DNA of 64,000 nt, taken from contig JAFGFW010000014.1 of the NCBI GenBank assembly GCA_016930875.1, forward strand, positions 15,338-79,337, read 5' to 3'. The notes beneath the pieces were generated by a model that saw nothing but the letters and a program-made list of their open reading frames with translations, made no database searches and had not been told where the DNA came from. Positions 7,923 through 17,459 of this stretch are shown one piece after another; positions within the stretch are counted from its first letter, which is position 1; each line of letters opens with the position of its first letter. Made by a program: the position numbers and the translations under genes. The DNA is from Deltaproteobacteria bacterium. GTDB taxonomy: Bacteria > Desulfobacterota > Desulfobacteria > Desulfobacterales > C00003060.

Positions 7923-8804
7923 CTAGCCTTTTAGATCATGTGCTATGCCATGGCACTGGCCGCACTCGGGAAATTTGTCCAGTATCCCCTTTGGATGCGG
8001 GTTTGGATGACACGCATAGCATGGTGGCACGGTCTTGTGTTTGTTCTTGTGGCAAAAGACACAGGAAAGATCATGGTGCTTGGTCGTATTCTTTGCCAGC
8101 AGGTCCATTGCCTCCTCATGACAGGCCCCGCAATAAGGAGATGGGGTGTCCTGGGCATAGGTAATTACCAGAGGCATATGAACAGGATGGCAAGACACGC
8201 AGGCCTTAAAATCCATATCCTCGGTGTGTTTTTCGTGGCACTGCGTACAGTCCGGAATCTGCCGGTGTGCTGCGTGGCACTCGTTACAGGCCAGATCCGT
8301 GTGGGCGCTCGGGTGCTGTTCGACCTCGTCACCCTGCTGCTGGTGACATGTAAGACAAGGTCCGGTGATCTCGCCTTCCAACTTCAAATCAAGGGGAGCG
8401 TGGGTGTCAGTGTGACAACTTGCACACCCCTCCAACTCATAATGGGCCTCCCCGCTGTGGCAGATACTGCACTCCGGTATGGCGCCTGCACCCTCGGGTG
8501 GATGCTCCTGATGACAGTCCAGACAGCCAACCTCGGTCCTGTGTTTCTCTCCGCGGGTTGCTATGGTCTGAGGCTGCTGGGGGTGGCATACTACACAGTG
8601 CGCATTGGTCAGAGTCGGGACATCAGGCTCTGCCTGAACCTGCTGGGGTGCTGCGGTCGTCGGCCGAACGCGAGTGGTTTGTTGACAAGCAAAGACGCAA
8701 ATCAAAGCGATTACGCCAAGAACGCCAACGACAACCCCAATTGATCTTGTTGCCGTCAGGCTACTGAAAAATGAAACGCCTCTTTTTCTCTTCAGTACAC
8801 CCAT
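7923..8804 (-). CDS. Membrane/lipid-anchored dodecahaem c-type cytochrome, paralogue of 6923-7888
   Basis: 293 aa with GGAGGAG SD upstream. A basic N-terminus is followed by a hydrophobic stretch ending in a lipobox-like VFAC. There are 12 CxxCH motifs: CVVCH, CLDCH, CSICH, CASCH, CLTCH, CNECH, CTQCH, CVSCH, CGACH, CVFCH, CYACH, CGQCH. It ends in CHGIAHDLKG. Confidence 0.85.
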   Translation of the reverse strand: MGVLKRKRGVSFFSSLTATRSIGVVVGVLGVIALICVFACQQTTRVRPTTAAPQQVQAEPDVPTLTNAHCVVCHPQQPQTIATRGEKHRTEVGCLDCHQEHPPEGAGAIPECSICHSGEAHYELEGCASCHTDTHAPLDLKLEGEITGPCLTCHQQQGDEVEQHPSAHTDLACNECHAAHRQIPDCTQCHEKHTEDMDFKACVSCHPVHMPLVITYAQDTPSPYCGACHEEAMDLLAKNTTKHHDLSCVFCHKNKHKTVPPCYACHPNPHPKGILDKFPECGQCHGIAHDLKG

Positions 8805-9135
8805 TGTGTCTCTCCTCCAGGTGAAAGGCTTGTTCCCAAGGCCATCTTTGCCGCTCCAAGGTCAAGGGAAAATGTCAAAAAATATTTTTTGTCCAGAATA
8901 CCCATCATCGAGTACAAACTCGCGTTCTCGCTATCACTAGAATAGAGTGATGTCAAGCACTTTTTGACAATTTCGCAAGCTGTTACCCGCCTCTTGGGGG
9001 ATTCAGATAAGGGGGCTTGCAAATGCCATTGACGGAAGAGTAAACGAAATAAATGTGGCGGGTTGCGGGGTGTCCGGTTCGCTAGGTCGAAACGCTTCGC
9101 TGGGTGACGCCTAGCCATTTCCGGGAAGTGGCTCA

Positions 9136-10227
9136 CTAATCTTTCCAGGTATGGCAAACCGCACAGCCGTTATTGCCAGGAGGCCAGTTCTTGTAGTCCC
9201 AGCGCATGAGCTTAAAATAGTCAGTCGCGTGGGCGCCATGGCAAGAAAGGCACATCACAATGTCATCATCGCTCCCTGGGGGATCAACACTATCTGAAGG
9301 GGTTTGTTGAGGGATGGTCACCCTCGCGACAGGCGCCACTAGGCTATAGTTGACGTAGCCTACATATTCCCCGGTACCAGGAAGGGACGTATCTGTCGGG
9401 TGCCTGATCCATGGGGTTCCCCCACTTGTTTCATCCAGACCTGAACCATGGTAATATCCGTGACATTCGGCACAAAACCCGCTGATGGTGTTTCCAGCAG
9501 GGCTTGTAGCGCTGCTGGCGCCCATGCTTGTAGCCCCCTTATATTCGTTATGGTCGCTAGCCCCCGTTGTGCTTTGCCAAGCATCATCTTCACCACCTTT
9601 TACTCGGTATAGAAATCTATAACTATTTCCCACGAATGTGCCCTGTGCGTTCTCATTGATGTGGTTAAACTTCAAGGCAAGATCATGCGTGTGATGAGCC
9701 CCTTTCATGGCTTCATATTCACCATTTTTTATCCTGTCCCCATGGCAGCCGTATTTCCCGGCGCACGTTAGGTTACTTCCTGTAATTCCAGTTTGATGCT
9801 GGTCGCCCGGGGGTGAATTAAGGACATCATCAGATTTGCCAAGGGGGACCACATTGTGGCCCTTGGCATCTGAAGCGCCACTACCCTTATAGCCGGTAAT
9901 ATAGGCAAAATTACCTGCTGCCAGATCCCCGTCCGAGTCGTTATGAAAAACCTGGGGAATTTGAGATAAACCAATCGTAACGATACGCCCTCCGGTGATC
10001 TGCGCGTGGCACCCAAAGCAGGTCCCCCGCAAAAGATAAGTCTTTGGACCTGAGCCTGCGTCCTCGGGGTTTTGGCTCGTATCTCCGTAAGTTGCCATGG
10101 GCAATCCACCCTGACTGTTATGCATGGTATGACAATTGACGCACGGCCCGCTCACCTCGGCCTGAAGCGTACGCAACATAACTACGGTCAAAAAGATTAA
10201 CGCTATGCTTGCGACCGATTTCTTCAT
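9136..10227 (-). CDS. OmcS-like hexahaem c-type cytochrome (secreted)
   Basis: 363 aa with signal peptide [23 protein letters not shown]|EV. Haem motifs are CVNCH, CFGCH, CAECH, CLSCH and CAVCH, plus atypical CAGKYGCH. The blocks [13 protein letters not shown], [21 protein letters not shown] and terminal CAVCHTWKD parallel my recollection of OmcS (CEGCHTMHNSLGG, KGHNI, NLRHP, CLSCHRAH, CNKCHAKD). Confidence 0.8.
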   Translation of the reverse strand: MKKSVASIALIFLTVVMLRTLQAEVSGPCVNCHTMHNSQGGLPMATYGDTSQNPEDAGSGPKTYLLRGTCFGCHAQITGGRIVTIGLSQIPQVFHNDSDGDLAAGNFAYITGYKGSGASDAKGHNVVPLGKSDDVLNSPPGDQHQTGITGSNLTCAGKYGCHGDRIKNGEYEAMKGAHHTHDLALKFNHINENAQGTFVGNSYRFLYRVKGGEDDAWQSTTGASDHNEYKGATSMGASSATSPAGNTISGFCAECHGYYHGSGLDETSGGTPWIRHPTDTSLPGTGEYVGYVNYSLVAPVARVTIPQQTPSDSVDPPGSDDDIVMCLSCHGAHATDYFKLMRWDYKNWPPGNNGCAVCHTWKD

Positions 10228-10286
10228 AATGATCTTAGGACTTCGTCACGATTAGAACATAGGCATGCTTCGGGATCACGAGAACA

Positions 10287-10301
10287 GCATATACTGTGCC
10301 A
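10287..10301 (-). promoter_or_regulatory. Candidate sigma-54 (-24/-12) promoter for the 9136-10227 cytochrome gene
   Basis: The minus strand reads TGGCAC-AGTAT-ATGC with GG-N10-GC spacing, about 60 nt upstream of the ATG at 10227. A perfect palindrome TTGTCA-A-TGACAA at 10393-10405, about 100 nt further upstream, could be an activator site. Confidence 0.5.
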
Positions 10302-10665
10302 AATATCGTCTCCAAACCGCACTCCTATCTTCTTTTCCCCTCCGTTCTGACTCAAATTGCATGTTTATTAATCTAGGTGTAACAAGGCATAATTGTCAAT
10401 GACAAATCAGCATCAGGCATTTCGCGACTCGCGCCATCAATTGTGAAAAAGCCAACACTTGACGGGCTGTTGTCCAAACCTGCCACTTGTGTTTTTCATG
10501 GATTTTGGCCGTCTGCAAACCCCTGTAACCCACTGAATTTATTACTCGCGAAGATTGCCGGTTATGCGAATTGTGTTGCGATTTTGATTTGGGCAACAAC
10601 CCGTTGAGAGACAACTCTGGCCTTTCTTGAATATCGATTTCATCCACATATCGCGAATACACAGC

Positions 10666-10706
10666 ACAAACACAAAAAGGGTTAACCGCAATCGGCTAAC
10701 CCCTTG
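10666..10706 (-). terminator. Rho-independent terminator after the tRNA-Val/tRNA-Asp pair
   Basis: On the minus strand: AAGGGGTTAGCCG-ATTG-CGGTTAACCCTT (12 bp with one bulged G) followed by TTTGTGTTTGTG. Confidence 0.7.
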
Positions 10707-10713
10707 ATTTTAC

Positions 10714-10791
10714 TGGCGGGGACGACGAGACTCGAACTCGCGACCTCCGGCGTGACAGGCCGGCGTTCTAACCAAACTGAACTACGCCCCC
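10714..10791 (-). tRNA. tRNA-Asp (GTC)
   Basis: The reverse complement GGGGGCGTAGTTCAGTTTGGTTAGAACGCCGGCCTGTCACGCCGGAGGTCGCGAGTTCGAGTCTCGTCGTCCCCGCCA folds as a cloverleaf. The anticodon loop is CTGTCAC and CCA is encoded. Confidence 0.95.
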
Positions 10792-10881
10792 GAAAGATAT
10801 CAAATGATATCCTTACGTTTCGTGCTTTCGTATTTTCGTGTTTTTGTGGTAATTCTATCTTATGAACTCTGAGCTTTCACA

Positions 10882-10957
10882 TGGTAGGCGGAACAGGGCT
10901 TGAACCTGTGACCCCCGGCTTGTAAGGCCGATGCTCTCCCAACTGAGCTACCCGCCC
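10882..10957 (-). tRNA. tRNA-Val (TAC)
   Basis: The reverse complement is GGGCGGGTAGCTCAGTTGGGAGAGCATCGGCCTTACAAGCCGGGGGTCACAGGTTCAAGCCCTGTTCCGCCTACCA. The anticodon loop is CTTACAA. Confidence 0.95.
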
Positions 10958-11075
10958 GTGCAATCGCCAATCAGAACAAAAACAAAACTCACAACGGTCA
11001 ACGACTCACGTTTCGCGAATACCGTATCCCAAATAACGAAGAAGTCCATCCGTGTCAAGCGCAATTACCACTGAG

Positions 11076-13499
11076 TCAGTTCACTCGGATGGGTTCTAAT
11101 GCCTCTTGTTGTTTGGGAATCAACTCCGGCGCAATGATTTCCTCCTCCGGTTCTTTCTTGAAAAGCGTCTCGCCGGGCGGAAGGACAACAGCACGAGTGA
11201 GCACGTCATCCATGTGGCTTGCCATGATCACCTCGAACCGCTTCATGATCTTTGCCGGAATATCCTTCAGATCCTTCGTGTTCTCTTCAGGGATAATGAC
11301 CTGAGATATTCCACCTCGATGGGCAGCCAGGATCTTTTCTTTTAGCCCGCCGATGGGCAAAATCCGTCCGCGCAACGTGATTTCTCCGGTCATGGCCAAA
11401 TCACGGCAGATGGGCTTCTTGATCAGTGCGGAGACAATCGATGTGGCCATGGTTATACCCGCAGACGGCCCGTCCTTTGGCGTAGCCCCCTCAGGTACAT
11501 GAACGTGAATATCGACCTTTCTATAAAACTGCTTCTCAAGGCCCAACACGTGTGCCCTTGAGCGAACGTAGCTCAAAGCGGCCCGGGCAGACTCCTGCAT
11601 AACCTCTCCCAGTTTCCCTGTCACAGTGAGCTTACCCCTGCCAGGCAGGACAACGGTCTCAATAGAAAGGAGTTCGCCCCCAACCTGCGTCCACGCCATG
11701 CCAGTAGCCAGACCGATCTCGTCTTTTTCTTCAAGCTGCCCATACCTGAACCGAGGCGCCCCGAGGTACTTCTGTATGGTCTGGGATGTCACCTTAATAA
11801 ACTTCTTCCCGTCATCTTTCGTGACCTCACGTGCCACTTTCCTGCAAACAGAAGCGATTTCACGCTCCAGATTCCGTACACCGGCCTCGCGCGTATACAG
11901 GCGAATAATCGTCTGGAGAGAGTTGTTGGTAAACACGATATTCTCTTCGGACAATCCGTTTGTCTTGGTCTGCTTGGGGACCAAAAAGCCCAGAGCTATC
12001 TGCAGCTTTTCATACTCGGTGTAACCGGGCAGTTGAATAATCTCCATACGATCCTGCAGCGGAGGCGGAATACCGTGGAGACTGTTCGCCGTGGTAATGA
12101 AGAGGATCTCTGAAAGGTCATAGTCCACATCAAGATAGTGGTCATTGAAGGCATAATTCTGCTCTGGGTCCAACACTTCCAGCAAAGCCGCAGACGGGTC
12201 GCCTCTGAAGTCCATACTCATCTTGTCTACTTCATCCATACAGAAAACAGGATTCTGTACTTTGGCCTTCTTAATGGACTGAATAATTTTGCCGGGCATG
12301 GCGCCAATATAGGTGCGTCGATGCCCTCTGATCTCGGCCTCGTCCCGCACGCCGCCCAGGGACAGGCGGATGAACTCCCGCCCGGTGGACCGGGCCACGG
12401 ACTTTGCCAGAGATGTCTTCCCAACCCCGGGTGGACCCACAAGACAAAGGATGGGGCCCCGTATTTTCTTAACCAGTTTCTGTACAGCCAGGTACTCCAG
12501 AATCCGTTCTTTGGGTTTTTCCAGCCCGTAGTGGTCTTCTTCCAGAATAGTCTCGGCTTTGTCGATATCCAGTCGAAGCTTACTGCGGACAAACCACGGC
12601 AGGCCAATAAGCCACTCTATGTAATTGCGAACAACTGTGCCCTCTGCTGACATGGGAGCCATGAGCTTCAGTTTCTTAAATTCTTGCTGGACCTTGGCAG
12701 CCGTTTCCTTGGACACTCGTTTGCGTTTGATACGATTTTCAAGTTCGTCCAGTTCGCTCTTATAATCATCCTTGGTCCCCATCTCCTTCTGGATGGCACG
12801 CATCTGCTCATTCAGGTAATAATCTCGCTGGGTCTTTTCCATCTGCTTTTTCACCCTGCCTTTGACCCGCTGTTCCGTCTTATAGATCTCAATTTCGGCT
12901 TGCATCAGGCCATAAAGGAGGGTCATCCGTTCCATAGGTGAAATGGTCTTCAGGAGTTGCTGCTTATCCCGGAGCTTGAAGTTGAAATGAGCTGCTATTG
13001 TATCAGCCAATTGAGACATGTCCTTGATGGCCGATACATTGCTAATGACATCTTTTGAGACATTCTTGTTGATCTTTGAATACTCTTCAAAGGCATCTAT
13101 GACGGTTCGGGTCACGGCCTCTCTTTCGATTTCTGCTATTGGGGGCTCAACAATTGGCTCGACCTCGGCCACATAGTAGTTGTTCTTAGGAATAAACCTG
13201 GTCATGCGTGCCCGTTGTTTCCCTTCAACCAAAGCCTTGACCGTACCGTCGGGAAGCCGAAGCAGTTGGAGTACTGTGCCAATGATGCCCGTCTTGAACA
13301 TGTCCTTTTCCCCAGGGTTGTCTACGGCAGCGCTCTTCTGGGCAGCCAGGAAAATGCGTTTGTCCAGGTTCATAGCGGTCGACAAGCCGGTGACTGATTT
13401 GGCACGTCCTACAAACAGCGGAACGACCATGTGAGGGAAGATAACAATATCGCGCAGCGGAAGGAATGGCAGCATAAGTTTTTGCTTTGGATCATCCAT
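11076..13499 (-). CDS. lon: ATP-dependent Lon protease
   Basis: It has the N-terminal [23 protein letters not shown], Walker [10 protein letters not shown] and the catalytic-Ser block [10 protein letters not shown]. The start was chosen at ATG 13499 (MDDPKQ, with AGAGGAAA upstream). The track ORF extends to 13538. Confidence 0.93.
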   Translation of the reverse strand: MDDPKQKLMLPFLPLRDIVIFPHMVVPLFVGRAKSVTGLSTAMNLDKRIFLAAQKSAAVDNPGEKDMFKTGIIGTVLQLLRLPDGTVKALVEGKQRARMTRFIPKNNYYVAEVEPIVEPPIAEIEREAVTRTVIDAFEEYSKINKNVSKDVISNVSAIKDMSQLADTIAAHFNFKLRDKQQLLKTISPMERMTLLYGLMQAEIEIYKTEQRVKGRVKKQMEKTQRDYYLNEQMRAIQKEMGTKDDYKSELDELENRIKRKRVSKETAAKVQQEFKKLKLMAPMSAEGTVVRNYIEWLIGLPWFVRSKLRLDIDKAETILEEDHYGLEKPKERILEYLAVQKLVKKIRGPILCLVGPPGVGKTSLAKSVARSTGREFIRLSLGGVRDEAEIRGHRRTYIGAMPGKIIQSIKKAKVQNPVFCMDEVDKMSMDFRGDPSAALLEVLDPEQNYAFNDHYLDVDYDLSEILFITTANSLHGIPPPLQDRMEIIQLPGYTEYEKLQIALGFLVPKQTKTNGLSEENIVFTNNSLQTIIRLYTREAGVRNLEREIASVCRKVAREVTKDDGKKFIKVTSQTIQKYLGAPRFRYGQLEEKDEIGLATGMAWTQVGGELLSIETVVLPGRGKLTVTGKLGEVMQESARAALSYVRSRAHVLGLEKQFYRKVDIHVHVPEGATPKDGPSAGITMATSIVSALIKKPICRDLAMTGEITLRGRILPIGGLKEKILAAHRGGISQVIIPEENTKDLKDIPAKIMKRFEVIMASHMDDVLTRAVVLPPGETLFKKEPEEEIIAPELIPKQQEALEPIRVN

Positions 13500-13764
13500 T
13501 GTCTTTTTCCTCTGTAAAATGTTGAACATGGCTGTCATCTTTATGGTTACATCTGTATCTTATTGGAATTACAGTGAAGGACGAACTTGTAAAAGCTGAA
13601 AGTAAAAAGACAGAACTACCACGTGATGTTCTCAAGGCGAATGCCGCAAAACACGAAGGGACGCGCCTCTTCCTAAGGCGTACAGCCGCAAATCACCTAG
13701 AAAAGATTTACAGAGAAATTCCGTGTCTTCGTCATTTCGTGCTTTCGTGGTTGTCTCAAAAAAT

Positions 13765-13790
13765 TTTCTGCCAGAAAAAACACCAATTTC
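13765..13790. repeat. Dispersed 26-nt repeat TTTCTGCCAGAAAAAACAC(C/G)AATTTC, copy 1
   Basis: 25/26 identical to 41368-41393. It contains the near-palindrome TTTCTG-C-CAGAAA and lies in the clpX-lon spacer. Confidence 0.75.
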
Positions 13791-13832
13791 GTTAATAACG
13801 GGATAAAGCCAAAGTGTCTGAGATGCTACTTC

Positions 13833-15092
13833 TTATGACAGGGCCTGCTCCCGAGACTGCTCAAAGAGCAAGATCGGCTCCTCACTATTTAGAACAACGT
13901 CCTCGTTGATGACACACTCCTTTATCCCGCTCATGGAAGGAATCTCGTACATAATCTCGAGCATGCATCCTTCCATAATAGCCCTCAAGCCTCGTGCCCC
14001 GGATTTGCGTTCCATAGACTTCTTCGCAATGGCTTCTAACGCGCTGTCAGTAAAGCGAAGCATGACATTTTCGAACTCCAGCAGTTTCTGGAACTGTTTT
14101 ACCAGCGCATTCTTGGGCTCTGTGAGTATCTTGACAAGGGCAACCTCATTCAATTCCCCAAGCGTGGCGATCACAGGCAGTCGACCGACAAACTCCGGGA
14201 TCAAGCCGAACTTCAGAAGATCTTCAGGCTGAACCAACTTGAGCGTCTCGCCAATGTCTCTCTCCTTTCTGCTTCGAATATCGGCTCCAAACCCCATCAC
14301 CTTCCCGCCCAACCTGCTTTCTATGATCTCCCTCAGTCCATTAAAGGTGCCGCCACATATGAAAAGGATATTCGAGGTGTCTACTTTGACAAAATCCTGT
14401 TGTGGATGCTTCCGGCCCCCTTTGGGTGGGACACTGGCAGTCGTGCCCTCTATGATCTTGAGAAGCGCCTGCTGCACGCCTTCGCCTGACACATCCCGGG
14501 TAATGGAAGGGTTGTCCGCCCTCCGGGCGATCTTGTCTATTTCATCGATATAAACAATGCCTCTTGAGGCCCTTTCTACGTCATAATCAGCGTTCTGAAG
14601 CAGCGACAGTATGATGTTTTCCACATCCTCTCCCACATATCCCGCTTCTGTCAAGGAAGTGGCATCAGCAATGGTAAAGGGAACATTCAAAGACTTTGCC
14701 AGCGTTTGGGCCAGGAGCGTCTTCCCGCTGCCCGTAGGTCCAATCAGAATCACGTTGCTCTTCTGCAGCTCAACATCGTCCGTATTGACCCTGCTCTCAA
14801 GGCGTTTATAGTGGTTGTAAACGGCGACTGATAAGATCTTCTTGGCTTGTTCCTGCTCAATCACATACTGGTCTAAACTGGCCTTAATGCCAGCAGGTGA
14901 CGGGAACTCCCCCTTTTTGCGAGTCTGTGCCTCTTTCTCATACTCTTCTTCGACAATTTCATTGCATAACTCAATACACTCATCACAAATATAGACGGCT
15001 GGCCCGGCAATCAGCTTTTTTACCTCATCTTGACTCTTGCCGCAAAATGAACACCTCAGACCATCTCCGTTCACGCCTCTTCGTTTTGCCAT
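13833..15092 (-). CDS. clpX: ATP-dependent Clp protease ATP-binding subunit ClpX
   Basis: N-terminal zinc ribbon (CSFCGK...CDEC), Walker A GPTGSGKT, 419 aa. Confidence 0.95.
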   Translation of the reverse strand: MAKRRGVNGDGLRCSFCGKSQDEVKKLIAGPAVYICDECIELCNEIVEEEYEKEAQTRKKGEFPSPAGIKASLDQYVIEQEQAKKILSVAVYNHYKRLESRVNTDDVELQKSNVILIGPTGSGKTLLAQTLAKSLNVPFTIADATSLTEAGYVGEDVENIILSLLQNADYDVERASRGIVYIDEIDKIARRADNPSITRDVSGEGVQQALLKIIEGTTASVPPKGGRKHPQQDFVKVDTSNILFICGGTFNGLREIIESRLGGKVMGFGADIRSRKERDIGETLKLVQPEDLLKFGLIPEFVGRLPVIATLGELNEVALVKILTEPKNALVKQFQKLLEFENVMLRFTDSALEAIAKKSMERKSGARGLRAIMEGCMLEIMYEIPSMSGIKECVINEDVVLNSEEPILLFEQSREQALS

Positions 15093-15323
15093 GGGCTCCT
15101 CCGAATATTAGGCTATAGCTTTTACAAAAATCTTTTTCGGAAAACTATTCTACCGCTTTTACGTCATCTTTGGGGTTCAAAAGGGTTAAGGCGTAAGGCT
15201 AAGGGTGCAAGGCCTTTTGCCTTACACCGTGCGCCTTGAGCCCTGTTATTAACATAATAAGATCCGGTTTCAAGAAATGCAATGCAAAAAACAAACCTTT
15301 CTCGTCTCCTCAGGCCAAAAAAA

Positions 15324-15938
15324 TCAGTCGCTAGATCGGATCTTGCCTGGTTTGGGTTCGCGCTGGGTGATCACATGATCCACAATGCCATACACCTTGG
15401 CCTCCTGGCCGCTCATAAAGAAATCCCGATCGGAATCGTTTCGGACCTTTTCAATATCCTGGTGGGTATGGAACGCAAGGATCTCATTTAGTGACTCACG
15501 CATCCGCAGGATCTCCTTGGCTTGAATGGCCACATCTGAGGCCTGGCCCTGAAAGGAACCCATAGGTTGGTGGATAAGTATCCTGGCATTTGGCAGTGCG
15601 TAACGTTTCCCCTCTGTCCCCGCTGCCAGCAAGACTGCGCCCATGCTGGCAGCCTGGCCCATGCACAGCGTACATATGTCGGGCTTAATATAACGCATGG
15701 TATCATAGATGGCCAAACCCGCAGTAACCATGCCTCCGGGTGAGTTGATGTAAAAATTAATATCCTTGTCAGGATCTTCAGATTCGAGAAAGAGAAGCTG
15801 GGCTATCAAAAGATTGGCAAGCTCATCACTCACGGCTGTTCCGAGAAAGATAATCCGATCTTTCAGGAGCCTGGAATAGATATCATAGGCCCGTTCCCCC
15901 CGACTGCTTTGTTCAATAACCATTGGAATAAGCGGCAT
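15324..15938 (-). CDS. clpP: ATP-dependent Clp protease proteolytic subunit ClpP
   Basis: 204 aa with [22 protein letters not shown], the active-site block GQAASMGA and HQP. Confidence 0.95.
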   Translation of the reverse strand: MPLIPMVIEQSSRGERAYDIYSRLLKDRIIFLGTAVSDELANLLIAQLLFLESEDPDKDINFYINSPGGMVTAGLAIYDTMRYIKPDICTLCMGQAASMGAVLLAAGTEGKRYALPNARILIHQPMGSFQGQASDVAIQAKEILRMRESLNEILAFHTHQDIEKVRNDSDRDFFMSGQEAKVYGIVDHVITQREPKPGKIRSSD

Positions 15939-17242
15939 TACGAGTCTCCTTCTTCAATTCTTTCCACATCGCACATGTCAATAATATGCTTGATAGCCTG
16001 CTTTTCAAGGGTTCTTTGCTTGAAAACGTCAAAGGCCTCCTGGGAACTGTTATGGAATTCCTTGATTGTGTCAACTGGTTGATTCAAGGCCCCGGCAAAC
16101 TCCTCATAAGCCTCATCAAGCAGTTCATCCGTCAAGGTGATCTCCTCCTGATCGATTACTTTTTCAATGAGTAAGTACTCCCGCACTTTTCTTTCGGCCA
16201 TGGGAAGATATTTTTCAGAAAGCTCCTCCTCTGTTTGGCCTGATTGCTCCAAGGACATACCTCTTTGGGCCATGAGGCTCTGGGCATCCCTGACCACGCC
16301 GGCAAGCTCTCCCTTTACCAAGGCTTCAGGAAGTTCAAAATCGGATTGCTCTATCAGCTTGTCAATGATGTCTTCGCGTAGTTGCCGCCTGGATTCGGCC
16401 TTGTACCTTTGCTCCAAGTCCTTTCTGATCGCCTCTTTCAGTTCGTCCAGTGTCTCATACTCTCCGAGATCCTTAGCAAACTCGTCATCAAGCTCAGGCA
16501 GAATCTCCTCTTTGATCTCCTTTAAGGTGACCTTGAAGGTCACTTCAAGACCGGCAAGGTCCTTGTTGTAATAGTCATCCGGAAAACGTACCTGAAGCTC
16601 TTTGGTACTGTCTGGTTTCATTCCCACAAGCTGCTTGTCAAAATCCTCCAATATCCGCCCTGATCCGATCTCTACCTGAAAGTTCTCTGTCTTGCGGGCT
16701 GGCTCCAACGGTTTACCGTCCTTGAATCCTTCGTAATCTATGATGACGACATCCTTGTCTCGAACCGGTCGGTCTTCATCAACGCTTTTTAGCTGGGCAT
16801 TTCGTTTCTGTAGCATCTTAAGCTGGGTCTCGGTCTCTACGTCATCTATGACGTGTACCTTCTCCTTAAGTTTCAATCCGTTAAGATCTAAACCCCCAAC
16901 AGGAGGACGAACTTCGATCGTTGCCGAATAACGATATGGTTGGCCCTTTTCAAGATCCGGCCGATCGATGGCGGGCTCCCCGAGAGGCACTAACTCGGCC
17001 TGCCCCAGGGCCTCGCCATATGAATTCTGAATCAACTGGCCGGAGACCTCTTCATGCATCTCTTTCTTGAACCGCTTTTCCAAAAGAGACAATGGCACCT
17101 TGCCGGGACGAAATCCTTTGATTTTTGCATTGGTCTTGAGGGTTTTGTATGCCTTGTCCAGCTCCCGGGTGACATCTTTCTCAGGGATCTCCACGTGCAT
17201 GATTTTCTTGACTGTACTTACGTCTTCAACATCTACTTTCAT
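15938..17242 (-). CDS. tig: Trigger factor
   Basis: 434-aa acidic protein with the N-terminal ribosome-binding motif GFRPGKVP. It sits in tig-clpP-clpX-lon synteny. Confidence 0.92.
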   Translation of the reverse strand: MKVDVEDVSTVKKIMHVEIPEKDVTRELDKAYKTLKTNAKIKGFRPGKVPLSLLEKRFKKEMHEEVSGQLIQNSYGEALGQAELVPLGEPAIDRPDLEKGQPYRYSATIEVRPPVGGLDLNGLKLKEKVHVIDDVETETQLKMLQKRNAQLKSVDEDRPVRDKDVVIIDYEGFKDGKPLEPARKTENFQVEIGSGRILEDFDKQLVGMKPDSTKELQVRFPDDYYNKDLAGLEVTFKVTLKEIKEEILPELDDEFAKDLGEYETLDELKEAIRKDLEQRYKAESRRQLREDIIDKLIEQSDFELPEALVKGELAGVVRDAQSLMAQRGMSLEQSGQTEEELSEKYLPMAERKVREYLLIEKVIDQEEITLTDELLDEAYEEFAGALNQPVDTIKEFHNSSQEAFDVFKQRTLEKQAIKHIIDMCDVERIEEGDS

Positions 17243-17265
17243 AAAACCCCTTTCTTATATCACAT

Positions 17266-17353
17266 TGGTGCGAGAGGGGGGATTTGAACCCCCAGGGCAC
17301 GGAGCCGCTGGATCCTAAATCCAGTGCGTTTGCCAATTTCGCCACTCTCGCAC
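17266..17353 (-). tRNA. tRNA-Leu (TAG)
   Basis: 88-nt type II tRNA with anticodon stem-loop CTGGA-TTTAGGA-TCCAG, a long variable arm, T-loop GGTTCAAATCC and encoded CCA. Confidence 0.93.
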
Positions 17354-17459
17354 GAACAACGTTGATTTTTTGAACGAGAAGTAATATTTTTATTTTGTTC
17401 TTACCTAACTAAAAAAATTAGTATCAAACCCTAACTGTGTCAAGGAGAATTGAGCGAGG

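Noticed and set aside
6683-8767. Plus-strand ORFs 6683-7393, 7167-7445, 7400-7711, 7938-8744 and 8420-8767 opposite the dodecahaem genes
   Set aside because: They are shadow ORFs of Cys/His-rich coding sequence. The minus-strand frames carry 12 CxxCH motifs each.
8792-9157. 121-aa minus-strand ORF spanning the spacer between two cytochrome genes
   Set aside because: It overlaps both neighbouring genes' ends and has no SD motif. Its composition is basic and Pro/Arg-rich, typical of non-coding sequence.
10396-10662. 88-aa minus-strand ORF in the promoter region of the 9136-10227 gene
   Set aside because: It has no SD motif and no recognisable features. It lies between a tRNA terminator and the promoter candidate.
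10228-10676. Riboswitch (GEMM-I c-di-GMP/cGAMP type) upstream of the OmcS-like genes, as known for Geobacter exoelectrogenesis genes
   Set aside because: I looked for the GNRA-tetraloop/receptor hairpins and the ACGCAAAGC-type core in the leaders at 10228-10676, 6493-6760 and 5275-5330 and found none. The predicted sigma-54 leaders are short. A covariance-model scan would be needed to exclude it formally.
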